Assembly (NCBI GenBank): GCA_046710875.1
Contig: JBKEHQ010000001.1
Location: 1,119 to 65,118, forward strand
DNA: 64,000 nt
Reading direction: 5' to 3'
From: Candidatus Thalassarchaeaceae archaeon
Lineage (GTDB): Archaea; Thermoplasmatota; Poseidoniia; Poseidoniales; Thalassarchaeaceae
A program made the translations under genes and the position numbers. Positions 32,601 to 40,427 of the stretch are shown in pieces (position 1 is the stretch's first letter; each line of letters starts with the position of its first letter). The notes under the pieces were generated by a model. The model was not told where the DNA came from. It did no database searches and saw only the letters and a program-made list of their open reading frames with translations.

Positions 32601-33642
32601 TACCATATCGTAACCGAAACCCTCCAGGTTCTCCAGGTTCTCCAAAAATTGGCCTCCCAGCAATAACATCATCCATATATCTGGTAATTTTTGGAATATT
32701 TCTGGACTCAAAAATTACATCCTTTTCCTTTTCTTTTCCCTTATTAGCAAAATCTGAGATGAATTCCCATCCTGTAATTTTTAATCTTTCTACATGTTTC
32801 TTGATTTTTGGAGCTTTAAGGCACAAACCTTCTCCAATGACTAACATCACTCCACCCCTTATCCTTGTCCTGGATGTCCCATTAGAATTTATTACGTTGC
32901 GAACTTCCTTGAAACCTGCACATTCATTTTTTTCTGTTTCCTCTCCATTAATCATAACTGGACATGCTCTAACAATTGTCTCAATCTCTTCGGGGGGCGG
33001 TTTATACTGTAATCCAACACGATAAAGTCCAAATTCTTCTTTGACTCTTTCAACTTCATCTGTGGTTGGAATATATCTGCCGACACCCAACTCTCTCCGT
33101 ATCATATCGCCAATTAGCACACCGAGTGCTTGTGCAGTCCCTCCTGCAGCACGAATAGGGCCACAGAAGTCTATAGATAGAAATTCAGAGCCATCAACAT
33201 TGTTTAGAATCCTAACATCTCCAATACCTTCCAATGGGGCTACTAAAACAGCTTCAGTGAGGACGGCTAATCCAACTCTCAAACCACAGTCAATTGATAT
33301 TTGCAAATCTTTAGTTTCCTCAAATTTACTTTTTGCAACATCAACCCCTATCTTTATTGATGCTGTTTCCCTATCATGTTCTTTCAATAGTTTTCTTAAG
33401 TCATGTTCGATTGACAGATCTTTCAAGTAATCTTTCTGAAGAAGTTTTTCAGTCCTACTCGCGAGATCAGAAGCCCTTGGAATTTCTATATAATTTTCAA
33501 AGTCTAAGTTTTTTAATTTAGCCCTTGATGCCAAATTATATACTTCTTCAGTCTTATCATCTAGCCATTGCTGATACCTCTGAATTTCTCCCTCTAGAAT
33601 TTCAGAATCATATGTTTCAGTTACCGAATTTTTTATTGACAT
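29674..33642 (-). CDS. polC: DNA polymerase D large subunit DP2
   Basis: GPIRAAGGTAQAL, GGFRLRYGRSR, GARMGRPEK, HAAKRRNCDGDED, GGQMDAPLVL; C-terminal PIP-like TLDDFF. Confidence 0.97.
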   Translation of the reverse strand: MSIKNSVTETYDSEILEGEIQRYQQWLDDKTEEVYNLASRAKLKNLDFENYIEIPRASDLASRTEKLLQKDYLKDLSIEHDLRKLLKEHDRETASIKIGVDVAKSKFEETKDLQISIDCGLRVGLAVLTEAVLVAPLEGIGDVRILNNVDGSEFLSIDFCGPIRAAGGTAQALGVLIGDMIRRELGVGRYIPTTDEVERVKEEFGLYRVGLQYKPPPEEIETIVRACPVMINGEETEKNECAGFKEVRNVINSNGTSRTRIRGGVMLVIGEGLCLKAPKIKKHVERLKITGWEFISDFANKGKEKEKDVIFESRNIPKITRYMDDVIAGRPIFGEPGEPGGFRLRYGRSRVTGLAAAGINPITMEAMGGFLSVGTQMKMERPGKACAVTPCIEIDGPLILEINGNFKLIKTLEGWKDTENKIHSIWDSGEILLGFGEFLENNKNLVPSSYSKDWWAADLAEALDHPDKIISLASILGINKKKFPLGIPFTGAINRGGERQIDRNWRKREWINFLRTYQLNWDQVCKISENFGTAVPPPWNIWWSDLPISVIPILVEELLKSQVNKGKLRLNNVVKNWNIGNELEGLIPDEVINQFPKTSEIKVHGVIKCALMTLGLEHHHQGADIIIPRYWEGLLYGLGLKITNNKIIKNSDYEPYVKDRLSKLKSSIIIIDEENERSKILRENREEARREATTRAMQSGLEASETEKSGEIAASKIIDNGPSDMQIYQNAMKLIDDDDVDKTLWLVRNLSSIRWEDAVPCRIGARMGRPEKSGIREMKPMVHSLYPIGGSGGPQRLMQQASNKVSITVEMSPRTCKKCGKSSGHIICHNRVDQSDPIECGGRTVVRNNKNQQRRRLGERTNVPIESILEVKRRSLNLERLPIRIKAMKELISKLQTPEPIEKGILRAKHNLSVFRDGTARYDMIDVPVTHFKPSEIGTPWKKLYNLGYKYDMFGKQLKSDDQILELYPQDFIPSINGKEHLISTCKFVDELLVRFYKMEPFYNVKHELDLVGQLGIGLAPHTSGGVLCRIIGWTKASAGYAHPLFHAAKRRNCDGDEDSIMLLLDGLLNFSRSILPSGRGGQMDAPLVLSTRINPSEIDKEALNVDCSWSYSSSFYESTLTQPHPSEMMNMVDLVSHREGSIGDKRGYGWTHDSGPLDAGPKNSSYKTLKSMKDKMDGQLNLGKRLRAVDATLVASKVIQSHFLPDMRGNMMAFTRQSVRCVKCGEKYRRMPLAGKCIQRKTIRSGFDTISRGDDGSMCNGNVVLTVSKGAVKKYIQITKDVIEEFGVDMYTKQRVYWTSDSVDSLFNNDFVTVMTLDDFF

Positions 33643-33784
33643 TCCGTCACCCCCCGTCCAGTCATATAATTCACGACCACACTAGGCCGCACAAGAACAT
33701 TGACTGTAATAATGCCCTTTTTGAGACTTATTTAGGATAACGTTCTTGCCACTCTTACATCTCCCGGATTAAGGTAATGTACAG

Positions 33785-34369
33785 ATGACTCCAATCAATG
33801 AAGCAAAATTAAACCTTATCAATAAAATAAAAGAACTGGCATATCTATATTCTCCAAATGAACATTTTACATTGGCAAGCGGACGTAAAAGCCCTCATTT
33901 TTTTGATATGAAGCCAGTTATGATGAATCCGGAATGTGCCCATTTATTGGGAATATTGATTCATGATGCCATCAACGATTTTGATAGAGTAGATGCCATT
34001 GGAGGACTAGAATTGGGCGCTGTTCCATTGACGGGTATAGCCATTGCTAAAGCAGCAAAGGGCTCCAAATTAAAAGGATTTATTATTCGTAAAGAGCCAA
34101 AAGGTAGAGGAGGAAGGAAGACTGGAAATCCTCCTGGAATTGAGGGAGCAAGTATCACTAAAGGTGAACATATTATTTTACTTGAAGATGTTACTACAAC
34201 CGGCGGTTCAGCACTTAAAGCTGCAAAAATTCTTCAAGATATAGGTTGTAAAGTTGTAGGTTGTATAACTATACTAGATAGGCAAGAAGGAGGAATCGAA
34301 GCTTTTGCTGAATCTAATATTCCTCTAATCCCACTAGTACTTAGATCAGATATTTCTGGAGAGAAATAA
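33785..34369 (+). CDS. pyrE: Orotate phosphoribosyltransferase
   Basis: FTLASGRKS, GGLELGAVP, RKEPK and LLEDVTTTGGS motifs. Confidence 0.93.
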   Translation: MTPINEAKLNLINKIKELAYLYSPNEHFTLASGRKSPHFFDMKPVMMNPECAHLLGILIHDAINDFDRVDAIGGLELGAVPLTGIAIAKAAKGSKLKGFIIRKEPKGRGGRKTGNPPGIEGASITKGEHIILLEDVTTTGGSALKAAKILQDIGCKVVGCITILDRQEGGIEAFAESNIPLIPLVLRSDISGEK

Positions 34370-34768
34370 ATGTCCCAGCATCGTATAGATACGGAAGAAC
34401 TTCCATATCTTCCTGAAAAAATCCCCAAAAAAGAATATTTAGGGATACAAGGATTTTTTTCTCTCGATATGAGGGTCGGAGAGGTATTAGAGGTTGAACA
34501 ATTTCCTGAAATGAAAAAACCTTCATATAAAATAAAAGTGAATTTTGGTCCTGTAATTGGTATACTTTGGACTTCAGCACAGGTTACTAACTATTCAAGA
34601 GGAGAATTAATTGGTCGTAAAGTAGTAGGGGCAATTAACTTAGGAGACAAAACTCTCCCAAATGGTTTCATATCCCAATTTCTAATTCTAGGGGCATTAG
34701 AATCTGATGGTACAGTACAACTTTTACAAGTACCATCTAATACGCTTCTTGGCTCAATTATTTCATAG
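34370..34768 (+). CDS. csaA: CsaA-type tRNA-binding/secretion chaperone
   Basis: LDMRVGEVLEVEQFPEMKKPSYK, SAQVTNY and SQFLILG motifs. Confidence 0.85.
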   Translation: MSQHRIDTEELPYLPEKIPKKEYLGIQGFFSLDMRVGEVLEVEQFPEMKKPSYKIKVNFGPVIGILWTSAQVTNYSRGELIGRKVVGAINLGDKTLPNGFISQFLILGALESDGTVQLLQVPSNTLLGSIIS

Positions 34769-34835
34769 TAAAATTTCCAATATTATATGGTAATAACCGT
34801 TATACTCAATAACCTTATTCCATCCCTTACATAAT

Positions 34836-35321
34836 ATGACTTATGTTACAATGACTACAACTCTAGGGGAAATACAGATTGAACTCTATACCGAGGATTG
34901 TCCAGAAACAACCTCCAACTTTCTAAAGTTAGTAGATGATGGTTTTTATGATGGCTTACATTTTCATCGAATAATTAAAGATTTTATGATTCAAGGAGGT
35001 TGTCCAAAATCAAAAGACCCCGAAAGCAGAGCTGCAGGTACAGGTGGCCCAGGATGGCAAATACCCTGTGAGGCTTCAGCGCTTGCAAAAACACATGATA
35101 AACCCGGACTCTTTTCTATGGCAAATGCAGGGCCAAATACTGGCGGATCACAATTTTTCTTAACAACCGTTTCAACTCCATGGTTAGATGGTAAACATGC
35201 AGTTTTTGGCGAAGTAGTAAAAGGAATGGATATAGTAAAAGCAATTGAAAACCAATCTACTAATTTTAGAGATAAGCCAGACACACCCCAACAAATAATA
35301 TCAGTAAAAAGATTAGCTTAG
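34836..35321 (+). CDS. Cyclophilin-type peptidyl-prolyl isomerase
   Basis: FHRIIKDFMIQGG, SMANAGPNTGGSQFF and WLDGKHAVFG motifs. Confidence 0.95.
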   Translation: MTYVTMTTTLGEIQIELYTEDCPETTSNFLKLVDDGFYDGLHFHRIIKDFMIQGGCPKSKDPESRAAGTGGPGWQIPCEASALAKTHDKPGLFSMANAGPNTGGSQFFLTTVSTPWLDGKHAVFGEVVKGMDIVKAIENQSTNFRDKPDTPQQIISVKRLA

Positions 35322-35385
35322 TTCAATAATATTTAATTTAACATATAATAATATAGTTTATTAATAATTATTAACTGGGTTATGT

Positions 35386-36987
35386 ATGGGAAAGCACCAC
35401 GCTGGAGATCGAAGAATAATAACTATCAGTTTACCAGAAGATATTGCTAAAAAACTAGATTTAAATGTCGGTAAGGGTAAAGATACTGGGCGTTCAGCAA
35501 CTATTTGTAAAATGATTTCCGAATCATTAGACTCTAAAATTCCAAAGATAGTCAAAGCAACTGATATATCTTCTATAAGTCCTAAATTAATCACTGGTAA
35601 AATAAGAGAAGAAGTCGATACTATGGGAATAGTTGAAGTGCCCGCAGATCGATATTATGGAGCACAAACTGCAAGATCTTTAATAAATTTCAAAATAGGT
35701 GATGATATCATGCCTCGATCAATAATAAGGGCATTTGGAATATTAAAACAATCAGCAGCTGAAGTTAATATTGAGTTAGGAGAGTTAAATTCAGAAATTG
35801 GTAAATTAATAGTCAGTACCTGTGATGAGGTCATATCTGGAAATTTAGATGATCACTTCCCTCTTCGTATTTGGCAAACTGGTTCTGGTACCCAAACAAA
35901 TATGAATGCTAATGAAGTAATTGCAAATAGGGCAATTGAAATGGTTAATGGCGTTTTAGGAAGTAAAATACCTGTACATCCAAATGACCACGTAAATATG
36001 GCACAATCAAGTAATGATACATTCCCAACTGCTATGCATTTAGCTGCAGGAGAAGAAATATATCATAAATTATTACCTTCGGTAAGATTTATGAAATCTG
36101 AATTTGAAAAGAAAGTAATTGAATTTGATGGTATTATAAAAATTGGACGCACACACCTTATGGATGCAGTTCCATTAACTCTTAGCCAAGAATTTAGTGG
36201 ATATGTTGCTATGCTAAATGCAGATATAACGAGGATTGAATTTATACTAACTGATCTATTTGAATTGGCCCTAGGTGGGACTGCAGTAGGAACCGGATTA
36301 AATTCCCATCCTGATTTCGCAAAACTAGTCGCTCTAAAAATGGCAGAAAAAACAGGACTTCCATTCGAAACAGCTAACAATAAATTTGCACAATTGGCAG
36401 CACATGATGCAGTAGTTTCAGCATCTGGGGCATTAAACACACTATCAGTATCATTAATGAAGATTGCAAATGATATACGTTGGTTAGCATCGGGTCCACG
36501 CTGTGGATTTGGCGAACTATCTCTTCCAGCCAATGAGCCTGGATCTAGCATAATGCCGGGTAAAGTAAATCCTACACAAGCCGAAGCAATGACGATGGTT
36601 TGTTGCCAAGTTATGGGTAATAACTCTGCAATATCTATTGGAGGCAGCCAGGGTAATTTCGAATTAAATGTTTTCAAGCCAATGATGATACATAATCTTC
36701 TTCACAGCATCAATCTTTTATCTGATTGCTGTAATTCATTTACAAATAATTGTATTATTGGTATTACTGCAAACAAAAGTCAGATAAATAAACACCTTGA
36801 AAATTCTTTAATGTTAGTTACAGCGCTAAATTCACACATTGGATATGATAATTCAGCCAAGATAGCCAAACATGCACATAAAAACAACCTAACATTAAGA
36901 CAGAGTGCAATTAAGTTAGAACTCTTAACTGATAAACAATTCAATGATTGGGTAGTTGCTAAAGATATGACAGGGCCAAAGAAATAA
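35386..36987 (+). CDS. fumC: Class II fumarate hydratase with an N-terminal ribbon-helix-helix extension
   Basis: [27 protein letters not shown] and [11 protein letters not shown] motifs; about 70 extra N-terminal residues. Confidence 0.95.
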   Translation: MGKHHAGDRRIITISLPEDIAKKLDLNVGKGKDTGRSATICKMISESLDSKIPKIVKATDISSISPKLITGKIREEVDTMGIVEVPADRYYGAQTARSLINFKIGDDIMPRSIIRAFGILKQSAAEVNIELGELNSEIGKLIVSTCDEVISGNLDDHFPLRIWQTGSGTQTNMNANEVIANRAIEMVNGVLGSKIPVHPNDHVNMAQSSNDTFPTAMHLAAGEEIYHKLLPSVRFMKSEFEKKVIEFDGIIKIGRTHLMDAVPLTLSQEFSGYVAMLNADITRIEFILTDLFELALGGTAVGTGLNSHPDFAKLVALKMAEKTGLPFETANNKFAQLAAHDAVVSASGALNTLSVSLMKIANDIRWLASGPRCGFGELSLPANEPGSSIMPGKVNPTQAEAMTMVCCQVMGNNSAISIGGSQGNFELNVFKPMMIHNLLHSINLLSDCCNSFTNNCIIGITANKSQINKHLENSLMLVTALNSHIGYDNSAKIAKHAHKNNLTLRQSAIKLELLTDKQFNDWVVAKDMTGPKK

Positions 36988-37004
36988 AATAATATTGGGC
37001 GAAG

Positions 37005-37627
37005 ATAACCAAGTTGGGAGCAACAGAGAACAACGCCTATGGGGGGGCGTTGTTCTCTGAATACTCCGCAGGGTCTGGTTCCATTTTAGTCGTAAGACGT
37101 TTAATTTTCCCAGGTAGCTACTCATAATCCACTAAGGATTATTTTGTTTGATGTTTCCATCTTTTCCGACTTTTGATAAATTACTTTTTCATTTGCCGTT
37201 TTTGTTTCTATTACCAATTCTCACTGGTTCTTTTCACAAAACTAGTACCATTACACTCCACGATTTTAATCGCGCTCGTTTTTGCGTGTTTCTCTTTCAA
37301 TTTTACTTGATTGTTCCTCACGACACAACTCAGGATTGTCTCCTCCCCCTTCTTGTGTGTACCTCTACGGTATGGTATCTGATTCGGTTTTGTTTTCCCC
37401 GCCTAAACGTTCGGTTTTGTTTTCCTCAGCCCCTGTTGTTTATTTTTCCATTCTTTCGTTTGGATATTTCCACTTCAGTTCTACCGCCGTCTCAATCACC
37501 CACAGGTGATCTCGACTATTGCCTCGATTTCTTTTCAGAAATCGATTTTACTACCCCAAATTTGAGGCTCGGTTTTTGTGGCCCGCGGATTAGCCGAAGC
37601 GTCTCCACACCACTCCCTCGGAGCAGC
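37005..37627 (-). ncRNA. Candidate large (~620 nt) structured non-coding RNA of unknown family
   Basis: Upstream BRE/TATA; complementary 5' and 3' ends; at least 8 hairpins including GAAA, GAGA and UUCG loops; no credible ORF; T-rich tract downstream. Ends are approximate. Confidence 0.65.
37383..37425 (-). repeat. 16-bp perfect direct repeat GGAAAACAAAACCGAA (37383-37398 and 37410-37425)
   Basis: Read directly from the sequence. Confidence 0.85.
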
Positions 37628-37650
37628 AAGGCAAATAGGGAGATGCCTGG

Positions 37651-37667
37651 CTTTTAAATGTTTCGGC
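37651..37667 (-). promoter_or_regulatory. Archaeal BRE-TATA promoter (GCCGAAACA-TTTAAAAG) for the candidate ncRNA
   Basis: Matches the archaeal BRE plus TTTAWA consensus, about 25 nt upstream of the GC-rich stem start. Confidence 0.55.
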
Positions 37668-37727
37668 AATAAAGCCGCAGTACACTGGAAATGCCCCTCC
37701 AATTACGTTAATTTCCACTGAAATTTT

Positions 37728-38804
37728 TTAATCACGAAGTTTTCTTATTCTCTCTTTGAGCAGTGACCTCTTTTCATCATTTACTACAAATTTATTTGAG
37801 GATTTCAAGCGACGATTCAATACCTTTTCTTCGATTAAGAAAATTTTACCTTCAGAATCGCCAAGGACTAAAATTTCACCATTACTTTTCATTTTTCTTA
37901 TTCTTGAATTATGTTTTATATGATATTTTAATGCCCCTGAATCAACATCAATTATGCTAATTATGGAATTAGTTGTCCAAGTCGAGACCCATAAACAATC
38001 AATGCTCTCAATCAATGGGCCATTGACAATTTTATCTATAATTCCGTTAACATTATATTCCCAATTATTTTCTTTAGAGTATATCATTCCAGATTCTAAT
38101 CCAATAACCATATCTTTCATAACTTCTATTGCCTTTACCGGATAATCTCCTATTTTTACTTCCTGAATTTCATCTTTGTTTAATACTGTAATCAATCCAT
38201 TACTATGCCCAAGGTAAATAATTTGATCTTTTTTAAATCCAGCTGTAATTGGATTTTCATTTTTTAATGATACATATTCGACTTTTTTTCCGGGTATAAT
38301 TTTCCCATATCCACATTTGGGTCTACTAAGTCCTACGCATACTCCATATTTTGTTGAACAGAAAAACCACGGCTTACCTTCTATAATCCACTTTTCTATA
38401 ATTTTTCCATTTTGATCTAAATGCCATATTATTGATTCAGAATAGTTAGAAATATGTAGGTCATATATTGAGGAACTAACCCAAATATCACCATTATTCA
38501 CTTGGACAAAATCACTCAAACCTTCTAATTTTAAACTCCATAAAATTTTACCTTCTAACAAATCAATTGAGTGCACATTACCTTCTTCAGTCAAGTATAC
38601 TTTTTTTTCAAAAACAATTAATTCCGAACATGGGCCTTCAAACTTATTTCTCCATTTCTCAATTCCTGAATTTATAGACCAACAAATCAATAATCCTTCT
38701 TTTGAACCGACTATTAGATAATCATCATGATTACTAATTACTGTACATTCACTATTCAAACTACGTACAAATGAAGAGATATCTTCTAATCTCATATATT
38801 CCAT
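37728..38804 (-). CDS. PQQ-like/WD40 beta-propeller protein
   Basis: GIEKW and GKILW blade motifs; repeated LxxGxxxG. Confidence 0.75.
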   Translation of the reverse strand: MEYMRLEDISSFVRSLNSECTVISNHDDYLIVGSKEGLLICWSINSGIEKWRNKFEGPCSELIVFEKKVYLTEEGNVHSIDLLEGKILWSLKLEGLSDFVQVNNGDIWVSSSIYDLHISNYSESIIWHLDQNGKIIEKWIIEGKPWFFCSTKYGVCVGLSRPKCGYGKIIPGKKVEYVSLKNENPITAGFKKDQIIYLGHSNGLITVLNKDEIQEVKIGDYPVKAIEVMKDMVIGLESGMIYSKENNWEYNVNGIIDKIVNGPLIESIDCLWVSTWTTNSIISIIDVDSGALKYHIKHNSRIRKMKSNGEILVLGDSEGKIFLIEEKVLNRRLKSSNKFVVNDEKRSLLKERIRKLRD

Positions 38805-38827
38805 AATATTGACTCCCTGTGTTAAAT

Positions 38828-40324
38828 TTATATTCCATAAAGATCTTTTATCTTATTTTTTAAATAATTTATAAATTCATCAGACGATGGTGGTGAACCG
38901 GTGGCTTCTTCTATCAGTAAAGCGGGTTCCAGAATACTTCCTCTGGAATGTATATTTTCTCTCATCCAATCTAACAATGATGAAAAATCTCCTTCTTTAA
39001 TTTGACTTTCTAAATCTCCCAAGTCTTTCCTTGCAGAAGTTAAAAGTTGAGCAGAATACAAATTACCCAACGTATAAGTTGGGAAATAACCAAATGCACC
39101 CATTGACCAATGAACATCTTGCAATACCCCTAATGTATCATTAGGTGGAATAACACCTAAAAATTCTTCATACATATTATTCCATACTTTTGGTAAATCA
39201 TCAACTTCTATATCTCCACTAATCAACATCTTTTCTATTTCATATCTTATCATTATGTGGAGATTATAGGTTGCTTCGTCAGCCTCAACTCGAATTAAAC
39301 TAGGCTCTATTAAATTCACTGAACGCCAAAGATCTTCTGGAGTAACATCTATCATATTATCAGGAAAACTTTCTGCCCACAATGGTAGCGACCATTCGCA
39401 AAATGCCAAAGATCTACCAATCTGATTTTCCCATAATCTACTCTGACTTTCATGAATTCCAAGGCCATTTGCCTTTCCTGCTGGTTGAAAATCTAATGCC
39501 CTTGGCCTTCCTTGTTCGTATAGGCCGTGCCCTGTTTCATGCATTGAACCATAGAGGGAACCAAACGGTTCAGTCTCTGAGTACCTAGTTGTCCATCGTA
39601 CATCATCAGGATTAGGCCCTCCGCAAAATGGATGTGTAGAAGAATCTCTTCTGCCGGCATCAAAATCAAAACCTATTGATTCAGAGACCTTTTGACTTAG
39701 GAATTCTTGTCCTCGTTGATTCCAAGTACTCTTTTCAACCCATTCCATGTTAGGCCTCTTGCCGTTGTCCATTACAGATTTAATCAGTGGAGCAACACTT
39801 TCTCTCAAGTTAGCAAATAATGGGTCTAATCTGGACACAGTGAGTCCGGATTCATAATTATCAAGTAAAGCATCATATCGTAATTCTTCATATCCTAAAT
39901 AATCCGCCTCTTGCCTAACTAAATCTATCATTTTCTTCAAGTCATCTCTAAATATTGAAAAATCATCTTTCGCACGTGCCTCAGTCCATGTTACCATGGA
40001 CCTAGATCTATGCTTTGCGACCTCAATAACAAATTTAGTAGGTAATTTTGTCGCTTTATCATATGATTTTCTGATTAATCTTAGATTACCAGATTGAACC
40101 TCATTTAATTTCTCATCATTCTCTAATTCTATTAAGAGTTCACCAATTCGCAAATCCGTCATTTTAAGATGACCACTAGAAGATAGCCATGCTAATTGTT
40201 CCGCCCTCAAAATCGAAGCATTCGGAGGCATCATTACTTCCTGATCCCAGCTTAATAATCCACCAATTTGTTCTATTAAATCAATCTCTTTCATCTTATC
40301 CATCAATTCTGAGTAAGCAGACAC
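38828..40324 (-). CDS. Carboxypeptidase, family M32
   Basis: HPF, HETGH, HESQS, IRVEADE and QDVHW..GYFPTYTLGN motifs. Confidence 0.95.
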   Translation of the reverse strand: MSAYSELMDKMKEIDLIEQIGGLLSWDQEVMMPPNASILRAEQLAWLSSSGHLKMTDLRIGELLIELENDEKLNEVQSGNLRLIRKSYDKATKLPTKFVIEVAKHRSRSMVTWTEARAKDDFSIFRDDLKKMIDLVRQEADYLGYEELRYDALLDNYESGLTVSRLDPLFANLRESVAPLIKSVMDNGKRPNMEWVEKSTWNQRGQEFLSQKVSESIGFDFDAGRRDSSTHPFCGGPNPDDVRWTTRYSETEPFGSLYGSMHETGHGLYEQGRPRALDFQPAGKANGLGIHESQSRLWENQIGRSLAFCEWSLPLWAESFPDNMIDVTPEDLWRSVNLIEPSLIRVEADEATYNLHIMIRYEIEKMLISGDIEVDDLPKVWNNMYEEFLGVIPPNDTLGVLQDVHWSMGAFGYFPTYTLGNLYSAQLLTSARKDLGDLESQIKEGDFSSLLDWMRENIHSRGSILEPALLIEEATGSPPSSDEFINYLKNKIKDLYGI

Positions 40325-40427
40325 GAACCTCCGAGATTGTTCTAAGACACATAGGTTACGGATAGAGTCTTAATTAATTGACTTAATTAAACATCTTCTT
40401 TCAAAATAGAATCAAATTTCCGAACTA

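Noticed and set aside
36925..37125. 66-aa minus-strand ORF
   Set aside because: Overlaps the fumC 3' end, runs through the 14-bp hairpin and has no protein features
37383..37425. Direct repeat as a mini-CRISPR
   Set aside because: Only two 16-bp copies with an 11-bp spacer, and no cas genes
37005..37627. Identification as RNase P RNA, SRP RNA, tmRNA or an rRNA fragment
   Set aside because: No GAGGAAAGUCC or terminal ACAGAA..GGCUUA pair, no SRP helix-8 motif, no tRNA-like ends, and too long for SRP. Judged by eye only; an Rfam scan is still needed.
37148..37657. 169-aa + strand ORF (and nested 37282-37509) in the large gap
   Set aside because: F/L/P/S/C-rich composition is what the reverse of an A/G-rich RNA gives; TTG start; no recognisable motif; promoter and tetraloop polarity favour a minus-strand RNA
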